A DNA stretch of 64,000 nucleotides from Nitrososphaerota archaeon (GTDB lineage: Archaea > Thermoproteota > Nitrososphaeria > Nitrososphaerales > Gagatemarchaeaceae), in the NCBI GenBank assembly GCA_028867035.1, contig JAGWHB010000006.1, forward strand, positions 23,918 to 87,917, given 5' to 3'. The notes beneath the pieces are model-generated. The model did no database searches and had not been told where the DNA came from. It saw only the letters and a list, made by a program, of their open reading frames with translations. Shown one piece after another: positions 27,201 through 36,463 of the stretch. The first letter of the stretch is position 1. Each line of letters opens with the position of its first letter. The translations under genes were made by a program, and so were the position numbers.

Positions 27201-28385
27201 TTGGGCCGCATACTTTCGGGGAGGAGGAACCTCAGCGACGAGCAGAGGATGATGCTCGACTCCGTCGACGGTCTGATGGCGAAGTACGACGAGGCATACT
27301 GGGGGAAGCTCGACAGGGAGAGCGCATATCCGGACGAGTTCGTCAGGGCGATGGAGAAGCAGGGCCTGGCGGCCGTCCCCGTGCCGAAGGAGTATGGGGG
27401 CCCCGGACTCGGAGTTCTCGACGCGTCCCTGATCCTGGAGGAGATCAACGCCATGGGCGGGAACAGCCAGCCGTTCCACGGCCAGTACTACCTGCTGTCT
27501 GCCATTTCGAAGTTCGCGTCCGCGGAGATGAGGGAGAGGTATCTCCCCAAGATCGCGGCGGGGGAGCTGAGGCTGCAATCCCTGGCCCTGACCGAGCCGG
27601 AGGCGGGGTCGGAGTCGACCAGGATAAAGACGAGCGCAGAAAAGAAGGGAGGCGCCTACGTGGTGAAGGGGCACAAGGTGTTCATCTCCCGCATCGAGAA
27701 CTCCGACCTGATGGTCCTCGTCGCCAGGACGACCCCCTACGAGAAGGTGGAGAAGAAGACGGAGGGGATCAGCCTTTTCCTGGTGCCCCTGGAGAATATC
27801 CAGGGGATGGAGTCACACAGGCTAGAGATGATGTTCAACAGCCAGACCTACGAGCTGTTCATCGACGAGTTGAAGATACCCGGGGAGAGCCTGATAGGCG
27901 AGGAAGGGAAGGGGTTCAGGTACCTCCTCAGCCTGCTCAACGCGGAGAGGATACTCCTCTCAGCGGAGTGCATAGGGGACGCGAGATGGTTCGTCGAGAA
28001 GAGCGTCGAGTACGCGAAGCAGAGGGTTGTCTTCGGGAGGCCCATCGGGAGCAACCAGGGAATCCAGTTCCCCATAGCGGAGGTGTACGCGAAGCTCCTT
28101 GCGGCCGACAAAGTCAGGACAACTGCCGCCGAGCTCTACGACGGGGGAGCGGAGGCTGACGCCGTTGGGGAGTATGCCAACGCCTCCAAGTATCTGGCGT
28201 CAGAGTGCTCCTGGCAGGCGGCGAACGTGGCCATGGACGTCTACGGAGGGTCGGGGATGGCGGTGGCGAACCACATCGAGCGCAAGTTCAGGGAGACGAG
28301 GCTCTTCCGCGTGGCGCCCATATCCAACAACCTGGTCCTGAGCTATCTGGGGGAGCGCGTGCTCGGGCTCCCGAGGTCCTTCTAG
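27201..28385 (+). CDS. Acyl-CoA dehydrogenase family protein
   Basis: 394 aa. LTEPEAGSES, GHKVFISR, and an ACAD C-terminal helical domain. See the finding on its active-site layout. Confidence 0.9.
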   Translation: MGRILSGRRNLSDEQRMMLDSVDGLMAKYDEAYWGKLDRESAYPDEFVRAMEKQGLAAVPVPKEYGGPGLGVLDASLILEEINAMGGNSQPFHGQYYLLSAISKFASAEMRERYLPKIAAGELRLQSLALTEPEAGSESTRIKTSAEKKGGAYVVKGHKVFISRIENSDLMVLVARTTPYEKVEKKTEGISLFLVPLENIQGMESHRLEMMFNSQTYELFIDELKIPGESLIGEEGKGFRYLLSLLNAERILLSAECIGDARWFVEKSVEYAKQRVVFGRPIGSNQGIQFPIAEVYAKLLAADKVRTTAAELYDGGAEADAVGEYANASKYLASECSWQAANVAMDVYGGSGMAVANHIERKFRETRLFRVAPISNNLVLSYLGERVLGLPRSF

Positions 28386-29197
28386 GGCCGCGCGCTTCTT
28401 TCCAGGATTCCTTTCGCGAGGCGGTGGTGGACAGCGTCCACGAGCTTCCCGTCGACCCTGATGGCCCCCCGCTTGTCCGCGCCCGCTACTTCCAGGGCAC
28501 GCAGCACCTTCTGCGCCCAGGCGACTTCGGCTTCGGTGGGGGAGAACACCCGGTTGGCGATGGGGATCTGGGAGGGGTGGACCACCTGCTTGCCCGTGAA
28601 GCCAAGGGACCTTGCGGCGGCGGCCTCGGCCCTGAAGCCCTCGAGGTTCTCCAGGTCGAAGTAGACGTTGTCGACAGCCTCGAGGCCATAGGCTCCGGCA
28701 GCGGCCACGATGAACGTCTTTACGGTCTGGTTGTTCAGATAGGCTTCCACCGAGCCCCCCACGGAGCTGGCGTAGTCCCCTGCCCCGTAGGTCAACGCGA
28801 CCACCCCCTTCGAGCGGGCCAGCTCGTCGAGCTTCATCAAGCCCTTCGCCGTCTCCACTATGGGCAGGAGCTTCTTGCCTGATCTTTTGCCCACCTGGGA
28901 GCAGTCCCCCTCGGCCTTTGGGACCAGTATCGTGTCCACGCGTTCGATGCGCTTTATCGAGGAGACGTCCTCCGCGTGCTCGGGGGTCCCGACTGCGTTC
29001 AGCCTGACGCACAGCTCCCTCTTCCCCCAGTCGAGCTCCTTCGACAGCCTGGCGACGATTCCTCTGGCCCTGGCCTTTTCTCCAGCAGGCACGGCGTCTT
29101 CCAGGTCGAGGATTATCGAATCGGCGTCGAGTGCCGACGCCTTCGTGATCATGTTTTCGTTGTTGCCAGGGACGTAGAGCTGGCTCCGCCTCGGCAT
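28382..29197 (-). CDS. HpcH/CitE-like acyl-CoA lyase (malyl-/citramalyl-/beta-methylmalyl-CoA lyase type)
   Basis: SQLYVPGNNENMITKA..DADSIILDLEDAV is the CitE-family N-terminus. I use ATG 29197 as start (the ORF track starts at 29212). 4-nt overlap with the ACAD stop. Confidence 0.85.
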   Translation of the reverse strand: MPRRSQLYVPGNNENMITKASALDADSIILDLEDAVPAGEKARARGIVARLSKELDWGKRELCVRLNAVGTPEHAEDVSSIKRIERVDTILVPKAEGDCSQVGKRSGKKLLPIVETAKGLMKLDELARSKGVVALTYGAGDYASSVGGSVEAYLNNQTVKTFIVAAAGAYGLEAVDNVYFDLENLEGFRAEAAAARSLGFTGKQVVHPSQIPIANRVFSPTEAEVAWAQKVLRALEVAGADKRGAIRVDGKLVDAVHHRLAKGILERSARP

Positions 29198-29255
29198 GCA
29201 CCGGCGGCGCACGGAATCGAGTTTAAGCGTTCCCGGAAGACGTAACTAGACTTCG

Positions 29256-29756
29256 ATGGCGCCGCGGGGCATGCCATCGGACATGTACTTCGAGGATTTC
29301 AAGCCTGGAATGAAGTTCAAGGGGAACATCGGGAGGACGGTCACCGACGCGGATAACATCTGGTTCACACTCATGACGAACAACAACAACCAGATCCACT
29401 TCAACGCGGACTACGCCCAGAAGAACTTCCCGGGGGAGCCGTTCAAGGGGAGGATGGTCGTGAACGGTTTCCTGACCCTCGCCACCGTGGCCGGGATACT
29501 GGTGGAGCGGACGAGCACCCACGGGTTCATGCTCGGTCTGACCAACGTCAAGTTCGTCAACCCCGTGTTCGCAGGGGACACCATCTATGCGGAGTGCGAG
29601 GTGACCGCGACGAGGAAGTCTGAGAGCAGGAAGGGGAACGGTATCGTGAGCATCAGGACGTGGGGGCACAACCAGCGGGGCGAGAAGCTCGTCGAGTTCG
29701 ACAGGGACTTCATGGTAAGGGAGAGGGAAGCGGTGTGGCAGTCAGGTTCGAAATGA
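29256..29756 (+). CDS. MaoC-like (R)-specific enoyl-CoA hydratase, single hot-dog fold
   Basis: 166 aa. MaoC pattern: DADNIWFTLMTNNNNQIHFNADYA. Confidence 0.8.
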   Translation: MAPRGMPSDMYFEDFKPGMKFKGNIGRTVTDADNIWFTLMTNNNNQIHFNADYAQKNFPGEPFKGRMVVNGFLTLATVAGILVERTSTHGFMLGLTNVKFVNPVFAGDTIYAECEVTATRKSESRKGNGIVSIRTWGHNQRGEKLVEFDRDFMVREREAVWQSGSK

Positions 29757-29793
29757 ACTGTCCCAGACCGGAGACCACAAGGGGTCAGGCCCC

Positions 29794-30099
29794 ATGACTG
29801 TCGAGTACATGCTCCGCGACTACCGGGTCAGGCCCGGGGAAATGGAGGAGTGGCTCGGCGAGTGGGCGGAAAAGATCTATCCGCTCCGCCTGAAGTTCGG
29901 GTTCGTCGTCGTAGGGGCGTGGAGGGTGGGGGACGACAGGTTCGTCTGGATCCTGGGTCACGAAGGGAAGAAGGGAGATTTCGAGAGGGCCAACGAGAAG
30001 TACTACAACTCGAAGGAAAGGAAGGCTATGAAGCCGGATCCGGCCCGCCATCTGTCAGAGATCAAACACTGGATGATGTCTGGCGTCGTTCCAGACTAG
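29794..30099 (+). CDS. NIPSNAP-like small alpha/beta-barrel protein
   Basis: 101 aa. The YMLRDYRVRPGEMEEW..VGAWRVGDDRFVWILGH pattern resembles the NIPSNAP family. Confidence 0.55.
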   Translation: MTVEYMLRDYRVRPGEMEEWLGEWAEKIYPLRLKFGFVVVGAWRVGDDRFVWILGHEGKKGDFERANEKYYNSKERKAMKPDPARHLSEIKHWMMSGVVPD

Positions 30100-30103
30100 C
30101 CTG

Positions 30104-31586
30104 CTACCCTGCGACGGCTGCGGCCGCGGTTGAATCCATCGACTCTTCGACGAGTCCCTTGTGCTGTTTCCTCTGCTGCCTGAGGACCAGGACCAGGAAG
30201 GGCACCCCGACGATTCCCACCACTCCGAGGGCGACGAGGGCGCTGGCGAGGCCCTGGTCGAACAGCAGCGCAGACGCTGCTGAGAGGCCGGTGACGCTGC
30301 CCGAGTGTATCTGTGCCGAGAGGGCGGCCGGGAGGGAGGCGGTCGAGACCGAGACCACCAGGGCCACGCTGGCAGCGAACCCGACATAGATCAGGGTGAA
30401 GGCTGTCCCGTTCGCGACCCCGCGCATTTCTGGACGGGCGAACTGGATCGCAGAAGAGATCGAGGGGGACCAGACGAATCCTCCCGCCGCTCCTATGACG
30501 GCCAGGAGCGCAAGGATGGAGGCGTCCGGGGTCGGAGACTTCAGGGCGTAGCTGAGAAGGAAGACTGCGATGGAAACTATGACGGCCCCGAGCACCGCCA
30601 TGATTGCGGGGAACCTGAACCTGTCGTAGAGCCTTCCCGCCAGCGGGTTGGAGATTCCCAAGGCAGCCGGGAGGGGAGCGACCCAGACCCCCGCGGCCAG
30701 CGGGGAGAAGCCGGCGACCGACTGGAAGTAGAACGACATCAGGAACACGACCCCGAAGAAGGCTGTCATCATTATTCCGAGCCCGACGACGGAGTAGACG
30801 AACCCCCTGTTCCGCTGGAGGTCCCTGTTGAGCATCGGGTTCTTTGACTTCGCCTCCGCGACGGCGAATGCGGCGATACCGAGGCCTCCGAGGGCGGCCA
30901 GCTGGATGTCGAGCAGGGTGAGCCAGAGCATGACAAGGCCGATGGCTATCCCGAGGAGGGTCGCGCTGGAAAGGTTGATCCGGCTCGCGTTCGGGTTCCT
31001 CGCGTTCAGCCAGCCGGGGATCTTCGCCCGCCCTACGAATATGGCCAGGGCGGCGATCGGGACGTTGACGTAGAAGATCAGCCTCCAGTCAATGGAGGTG
31101 AGGACGCCCCCGAAGACAGGGCCGGCGACTGCTCCCACGGCCCAGGCGACGGAGTTGAGTCCGACCGCCGTCCCCCTTTCTGATGGTGGGAAAGAGGCGA
31201 AGATCAGAGGGAAACCCGTGGCTATCATCACTGAGGCCCCCGTGCCCTGGACTATCCTGAAGGCGATGAGCTCGTACACGTTCTGGGAGAGTCCGCACAG
31301 GGCCGATGCGACGCCGAATACGGCGAAACCGATTAGGTACACGTTCCTCTTGCCGTAGTTGTCCCCGAACTTTGCCCGCCTGGAGGACCAGGGCCGCCAC
31401 GGCAAGGACGTAGCCGGCCAGGACCCACCCGAGGAGGGAGTAGCCAGCGGAGAGGTCCTTCGAGATGTTAGGGAGAGCGATGGTGACTATGTTGGAGTCG
31501 ACGGCGGACATGAAGGCGCCGAGTGTGGTCACCGAAAGGATGGTCCACCTCGGCAGGGACCCCGTGCGGGGTGTCTGCTGGGCCAA
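30104..31586 (-). pseudogene. DHA2-type (EmrB/QacA-like) MFS transporter split by a 1-nt frameshift
   Basis: The N-terminal 72 aa (ORF 31089..31586: ..FMSAVDSNIVTIALPNISKDL..VLQAGK) continue in the other frame (ORF 30104..31405: FGDNYGKRNVYLIGFAVFG..). The junction is ggcaaa-g-ttcggggac on the minus strand, at about nt 31370. Confidence 0.75.
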
Positions 31587-31618
31587 TTTTTGAAGCCCGG
31601 AGTGGGCTGGGATTTAGA

Positions 31619-32848
31619 CTAAGCGGACTGTCTGACAACCTTTGAAGAGAGGAAGCCAGCGATCTCCTTCTTGGAGTATCCCGCTTCAGTTAGAATCTCG
31701 GCCGTGTGCTCCCCCAGTGTTGGGGGCGGCCTCTTGACTCCAAATTGGAAGTTTCGGAACTTGTATGGGATTCCCAGTTGTTTGACCACACCTGCCTTGG
31801 GGTGCCTTACATCGAGCATCATCTTCCTCGATTTTATTTGGGGGTCCGAGAAGACCCCGTCGAGGTTGTTTATGGCGCTGCACGGGACGCCTGCTTTGGT
31901 CAGCTTTTCCAGCCAATTCGCGGCTGAGTCTGTCAGGAAGATGCCTGTGAGCGTCTCTTCGAGCGCAGGCCTGTTCCTGACCCGCTCCGGGTTGGACCCG
32001 AACCGCCTGTCGTGTTCGAGTTCTTCATGGGAGATGCAGGCGCAGAACCTGCGCCACAGCTCGTCGTTCCCCACGGCGACCACGAAGTAGCCGTCCATCC
32101 CCTTGAACGCCTGATATGGCGCTATGTTGGGATGGGCCGAGCCCAGCCTCAGGGGATTCTTCCCCGTCGCGAAATAGGACCCCGCCTGATAGGTCAACCA
32201 GGATACCTGCCCCTCGAAAAGACTGACGTCGATGAACTCCCCCTTGCCTTGGAGCGAGCGCCTGTAAAGCGCCGATGAGATGGCGAACGCAGCGTACATT
32301 CCGCCGCCTATGTCGGAGACAGCCACGCCGGCTTTGACCGGAGGCCTTCCCTCCTCTCCAGTGATGCTCATCATCCCGCTGCTCGCGTAGACTGCCAGGT
32401 CGTAGCCTGCCCTGTCCTTGGAGGGACCGGACTGCCCATACCCGGAGATAGAGCAGTAGACGATGCTTGGGTTGAGCCTGCTCATCTTGTCGTAACCGAT
32501 TCCCAATTTGGAAGCGGTCCCTGGCCGGAAATTCTCCACGAAGACATCGGAACGCTTTGCCAGACTTTCGAGGATCTCGACCCCCTTGCTCGATTTCAAA
32601 TCGAGGACTATGCTCCTCTTGTTCCTGTTGACGCTCATGAAGTAGGTGCTCTCACCGTTCACGAACGGCGGGCCCCACTCCCTCGTTTCATCCCCCTTTC
32701 CCGGGGGTTCAATCTTCACTACGTCCGCTCCCAGGTCGGCGAGCATCATAGTGCAGAAGGGACCTGCGAGTGCACGGGTGAGGTCGAGGACCTTGATGCC
32801 TTTCAGGGGCGGTAGACTTGCGCCGCCCTTGGAGCCAGTGCGCTTCAA
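31619..32848 (-). CDS. Family-III CoA-transferase (CaiB/BaiF)
   Basis: 409 aa. GIKVLDLTRALAGPFCTMMLADLGADVVKIEPPGKGDETR; Asp region AVSDIGGGMYA. Confidence 0.9.
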   Translation of the reverse strand: MKRTGSKGGASLPPLKGIKVLDLTRALAGPFCTMMLADLGADVVKIEPPGKGDETREWGPPFVNGESTYFMSVNRNKRSIVLDLKSSKGVEILESLAKRSDVFVENFRPGTASKLGIGYDKMSRLNPSIVYCSISGYGQSGPSKDRAGYDLAVYASSGMMSITGEEGRPPVKAGVAVSDIGGGMYAAFAISSALYRRSLQGKGEFIDVSLFEGQVSWLTYQAGSYFATGKNPLRLGSAHPNIAPYQAFKGMDGYFVVAVGNDELWRRFCACISHEELEHDRRFGSNPERVRNRPALEETLTGIFLTDSAANWLEKLTKAGVPCSAINNLDGVFSDPQIKSRKMMLDVRHPKAGVVKQLGIPYKFRNFQFGVKRPPPTLGEHTAEILTEAGYSKKEIAGFLSSKVVRQSA

Positions 32849-32855
32849 CTCGAAC

Positions 32856-33635
32856 CTAGCACCCCGTGAACACAGGTTTCCTCTTCATCCTGAACGCTTC
32901 CGCTGCCTCCCTCTGGTCCTTGGTCCTGAAACAGTCGACGTAGTATGCGATCTCCAGGGCATCGGCCTTCCTCCGTGCGGGGCTGGTGTCGGTGAGAAGC
33001 TTCTTGCTTAGGGCGAACGCGATTGGGGCCTTGTCGAGGATGCTGCGCGCGACCTCCATCGTCCTCCGCAGAAGGTCCTCGTTTGGGAAGATCCCCTGGG
33101 CCATGCCGGTGGCGATCGCACCCTGGGCGTCGACCAGATCCCCGGTGTAAATCAGGTACCGGGCCCGCGACAAACCTACCCTCTCCTTCAGTCTGCTCAT
33201 CCCGCCGAACGGCGTTACCACGCCCACTCTGAGCGACGGCATTCCGAACCTTGCTGATTCTGACGCCGTGCACATGTCGCAGGCCAGAGCGAGGTCACAG
33301 CCAGCTCCCAGGGCAAGCCCGTTGACCGCTGCGATGATCGGCTTTCCGGTCGCCTCGATTTTGCTCAAGGCTCTGTGGGCGCTCCTGGCGAACGAACGAG
33401 CGTCGGCAGGCTTCATCTTTTCCATCTCTTTGATGTCGCCTCCCGCGCAGAACGCCTTGTCACCCATGCCTGTGATTATCATCGCGCGTGATCGGGACGT
33501 TCCAGCGAACCCTGCCAGAGCGTCGTCCAGCTCGATGACCGTCCTGGTCCTGAGCGAGTTGAGTGAGTCAGGTCGGTTCAGCTTGACGACGGTGATTTCA
33601 TCGGCGTCTTCGACGACGACGTCGGTGTACTTCAC
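32856..33635 (-). CDS. Enoyl-CoA hydratase/isomerase (crotonase) family protein
   Basis: 259 aa. DKAFCAGGDIKEM and AAVNGLALGAGCDLALACDM. The start overlaps the upstream ABC ATPase stop by 4 nt. Confidence 0.9.
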   Translation of the reverse strand: MKYTDVVVEDADEITVVKLNRPDSLNSLRTRTVIELDDALAGFAGTSRSRAMIITGMGDKAFCAGGDIKEMEKMKPADARSFARSAHRALSKIEATGKPIIAAVNGLALGAGCDLALACDMCTASESARFGMPSLRVGVVTPFGGMSRLKERVGLSRARYLIYTGDLVDAQGAIATGMAQGIFPNEDLLRRTMEVARSILDKAPIAFALSKKLLTDTSPARRKADALEIAYYVDCFRTKDQREAAEAFRMKRKPVFTGC

Positions 33636-34642
33636 GAGACGGTCACCGCTTTTGGTTCAGGCCTGTTCAACCAGTTATGGCAGGCGACCAGATGCGAATG
33701 GGTCTTTTCTTCCAGCGGCGGTTCCGTCTCCGCGCATATCGATGTAGCGTACTTGCAGCGAGGCCTGTAGACGCACCCCTTCGTGACCCTCTCGCTCTTT
33801 TCTATGGTGGTCCCCTCGCCGACCGTCGGCTCGCCCTTCATCCTGGGCGTGGATTCGAGCAGGAGCTCTGCGTAGGGGTGGTGGGGCCTTGCGAGTATCT
33901 CAGAGGTCGGCCCGATTTCGACCAGCTTTCCAAGGTACATGACCGCTGTCCTGCCCCCCATCACCTTTGCAGTGGCCAGGTCGTGGGTGATGAGCAGGAT
34001 AGACATGTTCCTCTCCGTCCTCAGCCTGCTGAACAGAGCGAGGAAGTTCAGCCGCAGGGATGCGTCCAACATGCTTACGGGCTCGTCGGCTATGAGGACC
34101 TTCGGGCGGGAGGCAAGGGCCCGGGCGATGCTGACCCGTTGCCTCTCCCCACCGCTTAGCTGGTGGGGGAGCTTGTGGATGACGTCCTCCTGCAGGCCGA
34201 CGTCTGTTAGAAGGGATACGCTTTCCTCGTAGAGCTTTGCCGGGCCAGTCAGGCCCGTCAGCTTCCTAAGCGGCGTCGAAAGTATGGCGTAGATGTTCTG
34301 TCTCGGGTTGAGAGAAGCGAAGGGATCTTGGAACACCATCTGGACCTCCTTCCTGTAGTTCCGCAGAGCGCCCCCTCTGAGCTTCGCCACGTTGACCCCT
34401 CGGTAGAGGATCTCCCCGGATGTGGGGTGCGTCAGTGCTGCTATGCACCGGCCCAGGGTCGTCTTCCCCGAGCCGCTCTCTCCAACGAGGCAGACCACGT
34501 CCAACTCTCCCATCTCGAAGGAAACGTCCTCCACGGCCTTGGTGGTCCTTCCCAGCCTCCCGAGGAACCCGAAGGTCCTCGAGAAGTGCACGGTCAAATT
34601 TTTGACTTCGAGGGCGCTCGATTCTGGCATGGGCTGGCCCAC
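33632..34642 (-). CDS. Opp/Dpp-type ABC ATPase (OppF-like)
   Basis: Walker A GESGSGKTT, signature LSGGERQRV, Walker B LIADEPVSMLD, and a C-terminal Cys-containing oligopeptide-ABC extension. Confidence 0.9.
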   Translation of the reverse strand: MGQPMPESSALEVKNLTVHFSRTFGFLGRLGRTTKAVEDVSFEMGELDVVCLVGESGSGKTTLGRCIAALTHPTSGEILYRGVNVAKLRGGALRNYRKEVQMVFQDPFASLNPRQNIYAILSTPLRKLTGLTGPAKLYEESVSLLTDVGLQEDVIHKLPHQLSGGERQRVSIARALASRPKVLIADEPVSMLDASLRLNFLALFSRLRTERNMSILLITHDLATAKVMGGRTAVMYLGKLVEIGPTSEILARPHHPYAELLLESTPRMKGEPTVGEGTTIEKSERVTKGCVYRPRCKYATSICAETEPPLEEKTHSHLVACHNWLNRPEPKAVTVS

Positions 34643-35610
34643 TATGCGGTCGATTCGTCGTACTTATGGCAGGCGACATACACGTCCCCCTCGCGTTTCT
34701 TGAGGAGTGGTCTTTCGTGCCTGCACCTTTCAAAGGCATACTTGCACCTGAGCCTGTACCTGCACCCTTCGGCCGCTGCTTCCTTGGAGAAGTCGAAAGA
34801 TGTGATCTCGGAGGCCTTGGTGTCTGTGTCCAGCGTGAGAAGTGATGAGACGAGCTGCTCGGTGTATGGGTGCATCGGCCCATTCAAGACCCGCGAGACC
34901 GGCCCCTTTTCGACCACCTCTCCAGCGAACATGACCGCGACGTCGTCCACTAAGCCTCTAAGCAATGGCAAGTCATGGGTGATGAAGACCAGGGAGAGAC
35001 CCAGGCGCGATACTTCTCTCTTGAGGAGGAAGAGGATCTGCTTCTGCACGACCACGTCCAAGGCCGAGGTAGGTTCGTCGGCTATGAGGAGCTTCGGGGA
35101 GAGGGCGAGGGCCATGGCTATCATCGCCCTCTGTTTCATCCCTCCGCTCAGCTCGTGGGGGAAGTCGTCTGCATGTTCGCCCTGTATGCCAACTTCGGAG
35201 AGCAGGCTCAAGGCCTTCTCCCTGGCTTCGGCCTTCGGCGTCTCGCTCCGTTCGGTTATCACTTCGACGATGTGGTCCGCAGTCCTCTTGACTGGGCTGA
35301 ATGCGTTCATCGCAGACTGGAAGACCATGGCGACTTCGCGCCATCTGAACCTCCTGACCTCTTCGGGGGACATCTCAAGCAGGTTCTTCTTACCGTATTC
35401 GAGCTGTCCGCCGACGATCCGGCCCGGGGGCTCTATCAGGTCCATCATGCTGAGCCCGAGGGTCGTCTTTCCGCTCCCCGATTCGCCGACGACTCCGAGC
35501 TTGTAGCCGGACGGGTAGACGTCGATGGAGACGCCCTGGAGCGCTCTCGTGGTGCTCCTGCCGATGTTGTACTCGACCACCAGGTCGGAGGCGCGGAGCA
35601 GAGGGTCCAT
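34642..35610 (-). CDS. Opp/Dpp-type ABC ATPase (OppD-like)
   Basis: Walker A GESGSGKTT, signature LSGGMKQRA, Walker B LIADEPTSALD. Confidence 0.9.
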   Translation of the reverse strand: MDPLLRASDLVVEYNIGRSTTRALQGVSIDVYPSGYKLGVVGESGSGKTTLGLSMMDLIEPPGRIVGGQLEYGKKNLLEMSPEEVRRFRWREVAMVFQSAMNAFSPVKRTADHIVEVITERSETPKAEAREKALSLLSEVGIQGEHADDFPHELSGGMKQRAMIAMALALSPKLLIADEPTSALDVVVQKQILFLLKREVSRLGLSLVFITHDLPLLRGLVDDVAVMFAGEVVEKGPVSRVLNGPMHPYTEQLVSSLLTLDTDTKASEITSFDFSKEAAAEGCRYRLRCKYAFERCRHERPLLKKREGDVYVACHKYDESTA

Positions 35611-35613
35611 CCG

Positions 35614-36432
35614 CTAGACCCTCAGCCTCGGGTTCATGACCTCTTCTATCGAATAGCCGATAAGCGCCAGGCCAACGGTGAAGAGCGTTATGACTACCCC
35701 TGGCGCGAGTATCCACCACCAGTCCCCGGAATAGAACCCGAACTGCTGGGCCCAGTAGATCATGCTCCCCCAGCTGACGACGTCTGGGTTTCCGACCCCG
35801 ATGAACTCGAGGCCGGTGACGAGGATTACGCAGGCGGCGACAGTAAGGACGAAGTAGGCGAAGACTATTGCAGCCACCGTCGGGAACACGACCTTGGAGA
35901 TTATCTCCAAGTCCCCCATGCCGCTCATCTTGGCAACCTCGACGTAGGGGAGTTCCTTGACGGAGAGCACCTGCGACCTGATCGACCTGGCAATCGGAGG
36001 CCAGAGCACGACGCTCAGAATCAGCACCAGATAGGCGTCGTCAACGGGCCGAAGGGTTCCCAGAAGCACTACCAGAGGCACGGCCGGGAAGATCATCACC
36101 ACGTCGGTGAAGCCGGTGAGCAATCCCTCGAGCCGCCTGAAGTACCCTGCGAATACGCCGATTATCGCGCCTATGACGACCGCACCCAGCGCTCCGCCGA
36201 CGCCGACGAACAGGGAGCTCTGGGCGCCGAATACGAGCTGGCTGAGGACGTCCCTGCCCAGATACTCCGTCCCCAGCGGATGTGCCAGGCTGGGTGGAGA
36301 ATCGGCGATGGCGGGGTTGCTGGCGTTGGGGTCGTAGTGCACCACGAGTGGGCCCAGGGCGACGAGGACGAGCAGGACGGCCACTATCGTAAAGCCGAGC
36401 CTCGCAGACTTCCTCTGCAGCAGCGTCCTCAC
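35614..36432 (-). CDS. Opp/Dpp-type ABC permease (OppC-like)
   Basis: 272 aa, 6 TM, typical DppC N-terminus and EAA region. Confidence 0.88.
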   Translation of the reverse strand: MRTLLQRKSARLGFTIVAVLLVLVALGPLVVHYDPNASNPAIADSPPSLAHPLGTEYLGRDVLSQLVFGAQSSLFVGVGGALGAVVIGAIIGVFAGYFRRLEGLLTGFTDVVMIFPAVPLVVLLGTLRPVDDAYLVLILSVVLWPPIARSIRSQVLSVKELPYVEVAKMSGMGDLEIISKVVFPTVAAIVFAYFVLTVAACVILVTGLEFIGVGNPDVVSWGSMIYWAQQFGFYSGDWWWILAPGVVITLFTVGLALIGYSIEEVMNPRLRV

Positions 36433-36463
36433 CGCGGAGTCCCGCGCTCTCGCTCCTTCCAGG

